From Podarcis pityusensis (Eukaryota), in NCBI GenBank assembly GCA_964106645.2, contig OZ067043.1: 64,000 nt of DNA. One strand, 5' to 3'. The position numbers and the translations under genes are program-made. Shown here piece after piece: positions 50,672 to 64,000 of this stretch; positions within the stretch are counted from its first letter, which is position 1, and every line of letters begins with the position of its first letter. Under the pieces are notes generated by a model. It made no database searches and was not told where the DNA came from. It saw only the letters and a program-made list of their open reading frames with translations.

Positions 50672-51599
50672 TACTTTACTCATGATGAGAAGTTGGTTCA
50701 ATTTTGGCCAGGTGATTCACTTCTTTGATAAAAATACAAAATGTATTGTTGTTCAGGGTTGTTCATATTGTTGAGGGTTCAACAATCTTTGAGCCATCTT
50801 TGGTGTTTACTCCATTGGAAACGTGAGCTATAACTAAATATATTATTCTTTTCTATCAGGTAAACATGACCCACAATATTTAGGAACCCCCTCAGTATGC
50901 ATGATAACTGACTTATTCTAGTTAACTGTAACTTTTAAGAACATATGCTTAAGCTTGATTATTTTTCTTCCCTCCCATTCCCTTTCTCTTGTGTGTCATG
51001 TCTTTTTAGATAGTGAGCCTGAGGGCAGGGACCATCTTAGAACTAATTTTTGAAAGTTGCTTTGAGAGCCTTTTTGGTTTGGCAGGTTATGAATCCTGTA
51101 GATTAATAATAAATAACAGTAAAGGGTCTCTTTTGAGATGTATCTATAAAAGGTGGCTGGCAGCTGTACCTTTGCCCAGACAATATTTATGTAATGTGAC
51201 TGGCACGTTTCTTGCTCTTAATTAAGCAGATACAAGTGTAATGTATGTGGGTTATGCCTAACAAGAAGCACATATATCTGCCTCATGTAGTTGGCAACTT
51301 GCTATTCACCTATTTGTGTGGTGACCACAGCCATTGGTAGCTAGCAGTTGTTCACAGGTACATGTCAGCATCATTTCCTTTTTTGTATTTACTGCTTGAG
51401 AACAGAAGATGAAAGGTATACATTTATCAGGAAAACAAATTAATTTGTGGCTATTGACATATTGTGGCTACTGTTCACCCACGTCAGCCTGGGAGAAGGA
51501 GATTTTTTGTCTGGCACCTAAAGATATATAACGAATGTGTGAGGCCAACCTCCCTGTGGAGAGCATTCCAGAAATGGGGAGCCATCCCAGAAAAGGCCC

Positions 51600-52170
51600 A
51601 TTTTTGTGCTGCCACCCTCTAGACCTCTTGTGGAAGGGAGCACATGAAGGAGGAACTCAGATGATGATTGCAGGGATGGTGTCAGTTAATATGGAGAGAG
51701 GTGGTCCTAAGGTATTTTGGTCCCAAGCCTTTTAAAGGTCAAAACTAGCACTTTGAATTGGACCAGGAAACTAATTGGCAGTCAGTGCAGTCAGACCAGG
51801 ATTGGTATTACATTCTCAAACCCTCTTGCCCTGGTGAGCAACCTGGCTGCAGAAATTTGTACCAGATGAAGTTTCTGAGCTCTCTTCAAAGGCAGCCTCA
51901 CATAACATGCATTGCAGTAATTTAACCTAGAGGTTACCAGAGCATAGACAATAGAAGTTAGGTTATCCCTTCCCAGACAGGGGTGCAGCTGGGCCAGGAG
52001 CCAAAGCTGATGGAAGGCACTCCATGCCACTGAGGCCACCTGAGCATCAAGTGACAATGGATCCAGAAGTACCATTGACCTGCGTACCCACTATTTTAGA
52101 GGGAGTGTAGCTTCATCAAGAACAGGCCACCACCTCTCCATCCAGTTTAGGGAACCATCTACTAACAGTG
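51600..52170 (-). mobile_element. L2-clade LINE fragment
   Basis: Minus-strand peptide ALVTSRLNYCNACY..LPLK..QKLHLVQISAARLLT, characteristic of the L2 ORF2 C-terminus. Confidence 0.85.
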
Positions 52171-52605
52171 CTTATGTTCACACTGCCCATTTTAATAAGT
52201 CTTTTAAGAATGGATGTTAATGTTTTTGTTACTATGCAGTGCATTTTTGTGTTTTTATTTTGTAAACTGCCCTGTGTGAATGGTGATATAAAAATTTAAT
52301 AAACAATCAATCCATCAATCTCCAGGAAGTTTCATCTGCTCCTTCCTTTAGTGCAGCATCTGTTATTTATCTCTTGAGCTTTGAATATGCCTCTCTGTTT
52401 GAGTCATGTAACATTATGGTGGCATGTGTAGTATAATATGACTCTTTTGCTCATTATTGAGAGATTCAAAATTTTGCCTACAGTGAGATCCCTCATGTTA
52501 TGCATGCTGAAGAATGAGAGCTGGAAAGTGAAATCATATTTGTGCTTGTGCCATGTGTGTGGTCTGTGTGTGAAAGTATCCTGATTATTTTGTTTTACAC
52601 TCATT

Positions 52606-52830
52606 GGAGAACCACTGTGGTGTAATGGTTGGAGTGTTGGATTATGACCTGGGAGACCAGAGTTCAAATCCCCACCCACCGGGCTAACCTTGGATCCGTC
52701 ACTTTCTCTCAGGGTACCCTACCTCACAAAGTTGTGAGGTTAAAATGGAAAGGGAACAAGCATGTACTGCACCTTGAGCTTTTTGGAGGAAAAGGTGGTA
52801 TGTAAATGTAGTAAATAAAAATAAAATAAA
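52606..52830 (+). mobile_element. MIR-like tRNA-derived SINE with L2-type tail
   Basis: A box TGGTGTAATGG, B box GAGTTCAAATCC, CCTACCTCACA..GTTGTGAGG core, (TAAAA)n tail. A degenerate minus-strand relative lies at ~60310-60490. Confidence 0.8.
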
Positions 52831-52926
52831 GGAGTCTCTGCTTGTATCTTAAATATTGTCAGCCCCCATATGGTGATAACTTACTTTGCCTGTTGTTTTG
52901 TTGACATGCTGCATTGTTACATTTAG

Positions 52927-52953
52927 GACACTGAGGAGGGCAGTTGGGCACAG
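52927..52953 (+). CDS. PPFIA4: coding exon 23, 27-nt microexon (DTEEGSWAQ)
   Basis: atttag|GACACTGAGGAGGGCAGTTGGGCACAG|gtgaga. Matches the recalled liprin-alpha DSEEGSWAQ insert. Confidence 0.93.
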
Positions 52954-53076
52954 GTGAGACTTGTATATTATCTTGCCTTTTTCCACTGTGCTTAGACACA
53001 CAGAATTATGTGAATGGTCAGAACACATCAAAATTGATTCCGCAATAACACTTACAATCTGATTATATCACCTTGC

Positions 53077-53139
53077 TTTTGTTTTGTTTTGTTTTGTTTT
53101 GTTTTGTTTTGTTTTGTTTTGTTTTGTTTTGTTTTGTTT
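53077..53139. repeat. (TTTTG)n pentanucleotide repeat
   Basis: ~12 perfect units. Confidence 0.97.
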
Positions 53140-54145
53140 CAATAAGATGGGAAGACTTTTCTCAGTGAAGACAGATGCAGAATGCTCTTAACCCTGCTTA
53201 CACTTTCTGATTACTAATGCTATACAGTTTTCTCCAAACAGAAAAAAGTTTCCATAATATAAGAGAGCTCTCATTTCTCACCCCCTCACCTAGTTCCATT
53301 ACAGCTATAGTTTTGCAAACCATACAGATCTACTCTATTGATTTATTGCTGTTTCCCACATTAATTTTAGTATTCCTTGTTCTCAGCCAGATTTGGAACA
53401 CCTCTAAATTCCTATGCAAAGGGAGCGAATCCCTGTGGCCTTTTGCTTCCTTACCAGATGTGTCCTCATTTTGCCAATAGAAGGCAGACATAATAAAATT
53501 CTGGCATGCATGACTAGGCCATCACTGCTTCCTTTCTTTTCAAATGTTTCTTCCCAATCACTGGAAAGTCTGAAAGTAGATATAGGGTAGAGATAGATTC
53601 AAACCCTTCAGTTTATCCAAACCCTTCAGTGAGAACGGCTTATCTTTACTGGCTTCAGTGGGAAGCATGTATAATAGAGCCCACTGCCCTAGGTCTTTAG
53701 ACTTAATAGCAGGATCCAGAAGCCACTGCATCCAAATGAGCTTGTAAGGAAGGATCCCTGCACAGTACTTTGCAGCTTTGTTCCTTATATTTTGTGGTAT
53801 ATTTCTGCCCAAGGGGCTGAAAATGGAGCACAGATTATGTATGTTTTATTCATGATTAAGGTTTTCAAGATATGCAATATTTAGGACACTGGTTGATCCA
53901 AACAACTTGCCAATGTGGTATCACCAACAATATGAGAATCTTTCATCTCTGTGATAATCATTATCACACACAATAGTGTATATATATTATCAAGACATCA
54001 GTAAACAAACAAGATAAATCCAAGACATGAGATTACTGTACCTTTATTAAATTATTCTAAATTACATTTCTGAGACTTCCCAATAGGATTCTGTTAATGC
54101 TTCTGAGGGACCTGCTCTTACATTATTCTTTTTTTACTTTCAAAG

Positions 54146-54321
54146 ACATTGGCTTATGGGGACATGAATCATGAGTGGATAGGGAATGAATGGCTTCCTA
54201 GTCTGGGTCTCCCACAATATCGCAGCTATTTCATGGAGTGTCTTGTGGATGCACGAATGCTGGATCATCTGACTAAGAAAGATCTTCGAGTGCACCTCAA
54301 GATGGTGGACAGTTTCCACCG
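54146..54321 (+). CDS. PPFIA4: coding exon 24 ([11 protein letters not shown]...DSFHR), SAM2
   Basis: tttcaaag| ... CCG|gtaagc, 176 nt. Confidence 0.96.
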
Positions 54322-55271
54322 GTAAGCAAATTCTTGGAGGGTTATTGTTTCATCCCAGGAAACTAGAATTTCTTGCAACCAATTTAAGAGATGTTTAATG
54401 TGCTCATTTCCCACCCTGTCCCCATCTGAACGTATCTCACCTAAAGTCTTTCAGTCAGTTTATTCTTTTGGAGTGAAGCACACTGATGAAGTTGAGATTG
54501 GTTTGTGTGTTTACTATATGTATTAGAAATTGCATGTTATAATATACTTAAAGCAAAAGAGGAGATGAGTGCAGTGGTTATCATTTGCAATGAAACTACA
54601 ATATAGTGCTATGCATATTTGCCACAGACTTAAAAAACAGCAACAAAACCTTTGGAAATAGATGTGAAGAGTTTCCCCTGTTAGCATAAGTAATTGGGGG
54701 GGACAGGACAGAAACACATTTTGGGTTGTGTGGTTTATACAGCGATCTGGGATGGTTACAGTGCATTCTCAAGCCTTATTTGTGTGGAATTAGATGGCAC
54801 AGTTCGGATTAGCCCTGCTGAACAGTCCGGAGCACTGTCTTAGGCTTCCTTTTATTTCTTAGGATTTGGGGTTGCCACCCTCCTGAAACCTGTCAGGCTT
54901 TTGGAAATCTGCAACACTCACACAGAAGGAGCTACTCTCTTCTTTGCCTGTCTATGCCTGACTGTGCTCTTAATAGGGCCAGATGCTGTGGGGCTTCCCC
55001 TGCAGCTGCTTTTTTCCTCCTTCCTTCCTTTCCCCCTCAATTCCACACCTCTCCCTCAACAGTTGTGCTTTATCTCTGTCCACTGGGAGAGGAGACAGAC
55101 CTTGTTTAGCACTGGTTGAGCCTTCAAGGACTCACAGAGGCATGGCACAAGTGCTGCAACCTCCTCACAGTGTGTTATAATTGCTGCAATTAAATATAAT
55201 AAATGATGTTTCAAATAGTAAGATTTTGGTTTGAAATGCATTGAAGTAAGTGCTGCATTGTATCATTGCAG

Positions 55272-55369
55272 CACAAGCCTGCAGTATGGTATCATGTGCC
55301 TGAAAAGACTAAACTATGATAGAAAAGAGCTGGAGAGGAGGCGGGAGGAAAGTCAGCATGAAATCAAAG
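55272..55369 (+). CDS. PPFIA4: coding exon 25 (TSLQYGIM...QHEIK)
   Basis: ttgcag| ... AAG|gtaggt, 98 nt. Confidence 0.96.
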
Positions 55370-55974
55370 GTAGGTAACAATGAAGAGATCTGCTTGTGGC
55401 AGGCTTCAAAGGAACAAGACAATGAGACTGAGCTCTTGATGCCATTTTGCTTTCCCCTTCTTGAGGCATCATCAGTGCTGTTTTACAAACTCAACATTTG
55501 TCAGTTGCAGGGGAAGCTGGCATCTCTTCTACTTCTATTACTTCTAGAGGCTTTTCAGCCACTGAAAAACTGTTTCTGTCAGATGGTACCTGCATTTGTT
55601 CATTATAATTTTCTGTGGATTTCTCTTTATTGGTTGGCTCATGTTTACTACGTGGTTGGGGCACCAGCCTTCTATGTTCTGCATTTTAATTTTGTCCTCC
55701 TGGGATTTCTTCCTTCAATGCTAGAGCTCTGACCATTCTGTTTTGGGTGTATGATAATGTGAACAAATGAGACTGCTACACTTTGGGCAATGTGACTGAT
55801 AGGTGCAAGCTTAGGAAAATGCTATAACCTGCCTGTTTTTAATCTTGTGGCTTCCATTGCAAATTTTAAACAATATATCAGTCATTGTGCTTTTTCTATT
55901 TTTTCTTAACCAACTTATGTGGACTTAAATATTGTTGTGTTTTGTCCTGAATGTATGGCTTCACTTCCTTCTAG

Positions 55975-56150
55975 ATGTGTTGGTTTGGACCAATGATCAA
56001 GTAATTCACTGGATTCAGTCTATTGGGCTTAGAGAGTATGCAAACAATATTGTTGAGAGTGGAGTCCATGGAGCCCTCATAGCATTGGATGAAAATTTTG
56101 ATTATAATAGTCTGGCACTTGTGTTACAAATACCCACTCAGAATACTCAG
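55975..56150 (+). CDS. PPFIA4: coding exon 26 (DVLVWTNDQ...TQNTQ), SAM3
   Basis: ttctag| ... CAG|gtagga, 176 nt. Confidence 0.97.
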
Positions 56151-56877
56151 GTAGGAAACTGATGTTTTTAGGATGACCATTATATGTTTCTTTTTAAAGA
56201 GATCTGAGTTGGATGTGTTTTTATTAGTGGCAGCTGGCATCTCCAAAAAATAAGGAGCCTACAAGTTTCCCTGCTAAGTTACTTGCCCTACGTGCCTCAT
56301 TTGGTTGATTCTCCCCAACACTGTTCCTACTGACTTCACCTATGGAAGACCCTGGTCACCCAGCTTATTGGCCAGGCAGAATGACATAGTGCTGTTGTCT
56401 TCATTCCCTGTTTATAAGCTTCCCAAAGGCATTTGTCAGGGCACTGTTAAAAACAAATTTCTGGAATAGACGGAGACAAGTGATTTGTCCTAGGTCACAA
56501 ACTAAGTTACAGAGCTGGAATTGAAGTAGCAAACATCAACCACTTGTTTGGCCCTACAATTGTTCAGCAGCACAACATCTATTTCACTGAAGGCAAACTA
56601 GTGAAGCTGAGAAATGAATGACTTGCCCCAAAGTGCATACTGCATACTGCATACAAGGCAGAAAGTCTATCTTGTCCACCATCCTTTTCCCCACAGTGGT
56701 TAACCAGCTGCTTTGGGAAGACTACAAACAGGACATAAAGGCAATAGTCCTTTCCATGGAGAGAAAGCAACTTTCAAGAAATATTTCATTTACTATGACT
56801 GGAAATTTGGCAGCACTGTTAGTGCTGTTTTTGTTTTGATAGACAACTATTGTTGGCTTATCTAATGTTTTTTGCAG

Positions 56878-56946
56878 GCACGACAAGTGATGGAGAGAGA
56901 ATTCAACAATCTGCTTGCCTTGGGCACTGATAGGAGGCTTGACGAT
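56878..56946 (+). CDS. PPFIA4: coding exon 27 ([23 protein letters not shown])
   Basis: ttgcag| ... GAT|gtgagt, 69 nt. Confidence 0.96.
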
Positions 56947-59900
56947 GTGAGTACAAAGTACTATCCTCTGACTAAAACATGCTGGGAATTTGAGAAATTT
57001 TGGGCCCATACTGTTGGCTAAGAAACTGATGAAGCAAGAGAAGTGTTGCAAGTAGGACTGGCAGTGCAGTTATCTTCTGTGAAGGAACATTGTAAGTGCT
57101 GAAATTCTGTTCATGAAGAGAGCAAGTGCATTTGGTAAGCCAGAGAGATTTCAACTTGCAGACAGGTATAGGATCCCCTGTTATGAAATTGTCTGCTGTG
57201 AGAAGAGCTGGAACCCAGGCTGCCTTCTCACTTCTTATGTGAGAAAGGATTGGTGTTAGTAGAGCCTATGCTGCTTCCTTTTTTTTTTTTTGTAAATCTG
57301 CAAGGAAATTCTGCTTGCCATTCACTTGTGCATTGGCTCCAACAAACCTGCTCTTCTTTCCTTTAGGAAATGTAATACCATCCACGCATGAATGTTCCTA
57401 TTTTAGTTTCCCATAAACCATTTTCTGTTGAATAGGACTATAAACTAAAATCTGAGCAGCAACATGGTTGCATACATTTTAAATCCATCCCACTAGTCAA
57501 AATGATGTAAGTATGTTGATAGACAAAAGCTCAGTCTGTGGACTATCTGAAATCTACTCCCCTAAGTAGTAGGAATCATTGTTTTCATACTGCTCTGGAC
57601 AAAGCTCTGAAGACCAGTGATGTTGAAAACACTCCTACCTTCAGCTGGGACCTCCTAGCCCTCCTTTGTCATAACTTCTTGTGAACCAAACCCCATGAGG
57701 CGAGGAGCTGCTCTCTCTGTCAACAGCATGATCTCGTACTATTGTAACAGAAGTGAGTTTACACAGACACACTGCTCTGTGGAGTACAACCTTTTTGTAT
57801 GCTTTGTGAATCACTGTCACACTGCTTGGTGTACCAAAGTTATCTGTATTGGTCAGTCAATAAATTATAAACACTGGACTGGAAATATATTGAAGGGTTT
57901 CTTTAAACTTGGGGATCTGGGAACATCTTGATGTAGTTGACAGTTCTGGCTGAGCCTTTTAAATAATCATTATAAGATCGTATCAACACACATCTTGCAG
58001 ACATAGTTGAGGGAGGGATATGGGAGGGAGGATGGAGTATCTCCTGGAATGCTTAGTGCAACAATAGAAGACACTAACTGTTCCCTCAGTGATCCTAGCG
58101 CAAAGCTGTAGGTGACAGTAGCGCATCCTAACACAGGTCATGCCAAATTCTTCTAAAGCAAAGGGCAGTATGGGGAGTTTTAAAGTGCAGCATGGGGAGG
58201 CAGGAGGGAGAGCGAAACACTTACTTGCCCTCCCCTAACATCTTCTCCCCAGCAGTTTTTCTACCAAGAGGAGTTACTTTTGGCCGGAAATTAGCTATTT
58301 CATGGGGAAAGTAGTGCACGTGTATACTTCTTACGGAACTTTGGTTGATTACAGCTGCTTGTTGAGTGTAAGCCTGAGGGTTTCCTCAGTGTAATGCATG
58401 AAATGATCCATTCATGAGAAGAAACTCTGAAGTGAAGCATTATTCAAGGACAAGGGTAAGGTATGGATTTCGCCAGCAATCTGTTGCATTTTCAGGAAGG
58501 GAATGTATGAAGTGAAAAGAACTGGCACACACCTGAGCATTGCATGTGCATTTACCTCACTGAAATGTTGGCTGTATAGGAATACTATTATAGATAAACA
58601 TACAAACATCTGGGGACCCAAGGTTGAAGACCACCTGTTTAGATGATGAATATTACCACCTAAAATTTCAAAGTGAAATAGAAATTATTCAAATGGTTCC
58701 CCATAGCTGAAAACTCTATTCTCTGTTCAAGAAGAAAAATCTGGTATATATACGTACTGGTTACCTATCTGGTTTCTCTTGATGGTGCATCCTTCTTATC
58801 CATAACTACATTCGGCTGCTTTAGGATAAAATCTGTGGTACGCTCAGTTGTCTTTATGTGAGTTAGGCAATATATCCTTTTGTGACTTAGTCCTCATAAA
58901 AAACAGTAGCAACAGCTGACAGTGTACCACTTCCTGCATGGGCTGAATATTCTGGAGTACTTTGGAGTTATTTTTCAAGTGGTTCTGTTATTCCACTTCA
59001 ACATTTACACTCATAAGATTTTGCAAGCTATTCTACTTTCTCATGTAGAGTCATCTTGACACTAAGATTATCACATAGACTATCCATAAAACATGCCCTG
59101 AGGAATGTGTATGTATTTTTGATGCTTCTAAAGCACTCATAATGTACAAATTGTAGGTCAAAAATAAAAACCCTTGTGAGGATCTACTCATTCTAAAGGG
59201 GTTATCCACTGTTTACAGAGTGAAGAAATACCAGTGGCTTAATCTTTAAAGCAACATTTTTCTACAGAGAGATAATCTCTGTGCAGGTAATATTTACACC
59301 ATGTACACCACAATTTTGGAAGGCAATAGCTTTATTTTGTCACAGTTACTCGTGATGGAAACTGGTGTACAGATCAGATTCAATGTTCATGTAACTGAAG
59401 CAAAATCAAATACTGTGCCATTTTCAGACATCATTACTATGCACACTTTTATTTTCACCAAAGTGTTGGTTTTGAAGGCAGAAAATCCAAACTTCCTCCA
59501 GTGGGTAAATGTATAATAAACTATATCATCAAAAATTTACAACCATTTAATGAAATTGCACAATCTACTACCTGAGGTTGGCTGCAGCCTAATGGTAGGG
59601 CAGCTGATGATAAGCAGATCATAAAGTAAGAAGCAACATTCTCTAGGAGAGGAGAGGACACATAGGATGGTATGTTCAGCTTTCCACAATATAGGGAAGG
59701 TTCTGTCAATCAGATGCAATGGATTCTGTACCTTCAAATCTTTGGAGATGGAGGAAGTTTCTAAGTGATATACAGGTAAGCACACAGATCTCTGTGAGCT
59801 TCAGTACTGGTAAGTATGTTGCAAATTACTGTATAGAGACCCATAATCTCCACTTCAGAAATGAAATCAAATAATCTGGCTATCACAGCATAACTAATAC

Positions 59901-60959
59901 ATTTTAGCCCAGAATAGGAGCATGTGCTTTGTATGCACTATTTGTAGCCCAGCCCAAATTTTGCAATTGGGAGGAATTCAATATCACAGTATTACGAACT
60001 TTCTGTCTATGCAAGTGTTTCGGTTTGCCAAATGGAACAATAGCCCCTTCCCTCCCACGCTGTTTCAGAGGTTCTCTTGACTGCCCTCCAGAACCAATTT
60101 GGGGGGGGGGGAGTATGGAGGAAAAGCCCCTTGCACATGGTTAGGTGAACTCCACCCATTACCTTTTTGGCCCCAGAAGGAAGTTTAAAATAAAATAAAA
60201 TCCCAGGGTTTTAAATGTATTGTTAGTTTAGTATGCTGTCACTTTGATCTTGCATTTTATCTCATTTTTGTCATTGAGCATCATTGCTGAAGGGTGGTGT
60301 ATAAACCAACAAGCCTTCCCCCAGTGTCTCAGACAGCATATATGGGAATTATCCCACTTTATCTCTTTGCAGTGGATTAGATAGAGGATGTGTGACTGGT
60401 TCAAAGTTACTCTGTGGTTTTTGTAGCTGAGCTAGAATTTGAACCCAGGTCTGACCACATCACATCCAACATTCAATCCTCTGTGCTACAATGGGAATGG
60501 GCTAGAGGGGAGAAATCCCCCAGATACTCTGATCTCCATGTACCCAATTTCTACTATCTGAGGTGGAGTGATAGTTACAGGCCAAAGGCCGGGTTATAGA
60601 GGTTTTGCCTGGTACTTAAAGGTAGATAATGATGGTGCCAGGTGAACCTCCATGAGGAAAGCATTCCACAAATGAAGAACCACAGAAAAAGCCTATTTTT
60701 GTGTTGCCACCCTCTGGACCTCTGGTGGAGGTGGCACATGAAGATCATGATCACAGGGTCCCCATCAGTTCATATTCAACAAGGTTTATACACCATTCAA
60801 TTAAACATTAAATAAATCTCTCAGAGGTTTGCATCAAATAGTATAAAATACTCATAAGAAACTGCTGAAAATATCAGCAGACTTTAAAAACAAGTAGACA
60901 TAATAAAATGATCAAATTATATAAATAAGATCTGAGTTCACATAATGAAAATACATGAC

Positions 60960-61920
60960 TGGGTAGGCTTTCCTAAAGAAAAAGGTTTTTAGCTTGTCTT
61001 GAAAACAGTACCAGCAAGTTGCTTGCCTGATATTAATAAGCAGTCAGTTCCAGAGCTTAGGTACTGCCTCAGTAAAAGACTAATTCATCGCAAGTGTGGA
61101 ACAGACATTATATAGCACATATAAAAGTTGGGTGGTCAAATGGGCACAAATGGGGTAAGGTGATCCTTCAAGCAAACTGGTCCTAAGCTGTTGGCAGCTT
61201 GATATATTGCCAGTAATATCTTGAATTTGTTCTGCTAACAAATTGGCAGCCAATGCAGATCTTTGACCAGTGTTCTAATATACTGATAAGGTCTCCTGTC
61301 AGTAATCATGCTGCAACATTCTTTGCTAACTGTGGCTTCCAAATTCAAGGACAAAGGAAGCCCCATGTAGAGTGCATTGCAGTCATCCAGTCTTGAAATT
61401 ACCAGTGCCTGGACAACTGTGGTCAAGCTATCCCAGTCCCTCAATGGCAACAGCTGTTGTACCAGCTGGAGCTGATAAAAGGTGCACCGAGGCTGCCTAC
61501 GCCTCTAGTGACAAAGCTTAGATCCCCATTAGACTACGTAGTTTCAGAGTGCAACCCTCTCTACAGCAGGCAGCTGACTAGTTTCTCAGAAACTGGGACC
61601 ACGTGCCCAGAGCCCCTTCATCTTTCTGGGACTCAAATTCAGTTTATTTTCCACAGCTAGCCCACAGCAGCATTCAGGCACAGAATCCCCTAATTCTGAA
61701 ATGAAGAAACTGTGCTGAGTATCATCAGCATGCTGATAGCATCATGCTCCACATTGCCTCATCCTCTAGTATTAGAGCTAGAATAGTACCCTGCAGCACT
61801 CCTTAGCATAACTGCCTGGTGTCTAAAAAGAACTCTTCCAATGCTGGTCTTGTAGATAGCGCTGGAGCCATTGTAACACTGTGCCCCAATTCTCACCCCA
61901 CAGAGCTCATCCAGTAGCAT
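60960..61920 (-). mobile_element. L2-clade LINE fragment
   Basis: Minus-strand peptide TTVVQALVISRLDDCNALYMGLPL...LVKDLHWLPIC. Confidence 0.8.
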
Positions 61921-62249
61921 GTATATGTCCTACTTTGGAGGAATAAAACCCCTGCTCTAGCCCACTTAGCACAGTGCTATATTGTGTTTCCTTCTCAAGG
62001 GCATACCTAGGAGACTCTGCTGGCACGGAATAGTTCTCTCTTTTGCAGCACTGGAGCTGCAGACTACTCTGCTCATCCATAAAGAACTCTGCCTAGGCAG
62101 TAAATGTCCCTCATCTGTCTTCAAAATCAAGTTACTAACCTTGTGGCTTCCTAAGGCACTAATGCTTCTCTCCACAACTCTTGACCGAACTGTCTGTCTG
62201 GGGAGAAGAAATGTATTATGTACCTTGAGGGGCATTTATTAATCTACTT

Positions 62250-62528
62250 AAGGGATGGGCAAACTCTTTTCTGTCAGAAGCTGCATTCACATGGGGATAA
62301 TTTGGGGGGACTGCATGCTGACTCTCTGGGCAGGGCTAAAGCCCGTGATGAGTGAGACCAGAGCCAAAAGTGGACAAGGCCACCCTTTTTCTCTTTTTCT
62401 GACACACACTCCTCTCTCCCCTTTCTACTCAGTAGGCTGCTGGGGAGAGACAGATCACACTTTCCAGAGGCCTGAACAAGTCACTTGCACAGGGCTTTTG
62501 AAATTAGGCCTATGACTGCCCACTTCTG
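62250..62528. mobile_element. hAT non-autonomous element
   Basis: Perfect TSD ATCTACTT, degenerate TIR AAGGGATGGGCA / TGCCCACTTCTG. Confidence 0.75.
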
Positions 62529-64000
62529 ATCTACTTCAAGGTTTTTTAAAGTGTAGAACATGAGTTCTACCATATTCAAAGCTGAGCACCCATAATTTAA
62601 AGGAATAATTTAGTGAAGGAGTGGGCATTGCATTTTGTTTGGTCAAGCCACCCAGAAAGCTGTTCTGCTGTTGCCATTTTGAATACAGCTGAAAAAAAAT
62701 GAGCATGGAAGTTTTGAAGGGAGTATGGCAATGCCATATACAGAGTTTGGTTTAAAGTTTTTAAGTGTTTTTAAATAAGTAGCTAGAGAGAGTACATTAC
62801 GGGGACTTCCTCCCTTTTGGAAGAGGGAGAGAATGTATCTCGCGTAATATTGCATCTCATAGTACTAGTCCATTCCATAATAACAACCAATTTCGTGGTA
62901 TTTTCAACTGGAGATGAATTTAAATTTTAAAACATTTATTCTAAGGCAACTAACTAAAATAAGAATACACACGCAGTAAAAAAAGTTACAAATACAATGA
63001 AAACATGGAATGAATGCATTGTTATTAACTAGAAAAGCAGCCAATGATGAGCTGGTAAAACCATAAGAATGACCACTGAAATTAGTAAAACAGGTTTCAT
63101 TTAAGCCACTAAAGATATAAGAAAGAAGGCTTTCACACTGCGGTGGAAGGCTATCAAAGAAGCAATGAGGCAGACTTACCTGGGCAGGGAATGTCAGAGC
63201 CTGGATTCAGCCACTGACAAAGTCCACTCCCTCCTCACAGAGAGCAGAAGGGCCTCTGTTGATGACCATAATACTCAAGGACACTTGTATTGGGAAAGGC
63301 AGGTCTTTGATTTTCAGCAAATAAAGAATGATAAGGAAATGGTAATTTTGCTCTGAACTTGTGAAGACCCTGGCCTGTATTTATTTATTTAAGCTATTAT
63401 ATACTTGGCTTTTCTGGTTAAGTTTCCCAAAGCTACTTACAGGAATAGAATATTAAAAATCAAATAAAACACTAAGAATACCCAGTAGCTTTAAGAACCA
63501 ACAGAAGGCAATAAAAATAGAGTGCCTTCTAGAATAAACATGTTCTTGTGCCTTAAAAAAATGGGAACACCTCTGATCTCTCTAGAGGGAGAATTCCACA
63601 GGTGTGGCATCACCATTGGTATTCACCAGTCAGAAACTGGCTAGTGACAGGCCAGAGAGAATAGCTCTAGATGCTGAACTGTGAAACCTGTCCAATTTAT
63701 GTGAGTGAATTGGTCATGATTGCTAAGATTTCACCAGCTTAACATTATTGGCTTCTATTGTAAAAATGCATTTTGGGAGCCATCAATGCAAACACGGAAC
63801 TAGTGTCATGTGCTTGGAGTCTAGAGAGGCTAGCAGTCTGTTTCCTAGGCTCTAAATGATTTTAGAAATGGACTAATTCAAAGCCCAGTTATTGGCCCCA
63901 TCCCATTAGGATGAAGAGATTTTTAGGCAGAAATGACTGGCAGAATCTGAGACCAGGGAGAAGAGTCGGTGGAAGAAGATTGGAAGAAATTTAAAGACTA

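Noticed and set aside
56947-64000. Next PPFIA4 exon (expected DDK.FRR.PSWRK)
   Set aside because: No matching sequence found. The region is intronic with L2, hAT and SINE debris.

Overview
Vertebrate genomic DNA, most likely a squamate. The SINE/MITE/BovB repertoire suggests a lacertid lizard (inference). The whole window lies within one + strand gene, PPFIA4 (liprin-alpha-4). I reconstructed 27 coding exons by hand (127..56946). All have GT-AG introns with consistent phases, giving 3468 nt / 1156 codons. They cover the N-terminal coiled coils and the three SAM domains. No further exon was found up to 64000, so the gene continues beyond the window. The introns are dense with transposon remnants: a Tigger/pogo fossil, Tc1/mariner-type MITEs with TA TSDs, hAT elements with 8-bp TSDs, tRNA-derived SINEs, BovB/RTE/L2/CR1 fragments and a Sola2-like fossil. 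Best leads: (1) an internal alternative first exon at ~7.1-8.1 kb that splices in frame to exon 2, resembles an alternative PPFIA2 N-terminus as I recall it, and is overlapped by a strong-Kozak uORF; (2) two consecutive in-frame exons that each begin with a 5' splice-site motif, suggesting a recursive-splicing cascade; (3) a 27-nt neural-type microexon between SAM1 and SAM2; (4) a Sola2-like transposase fossil; (5) SINEs with one body but two different tRNA heads; (6) a young MITE built from hairpins with a two-state 32-bp stem. Comparisons to human proteins and repeat families are from memory, not from database searches.
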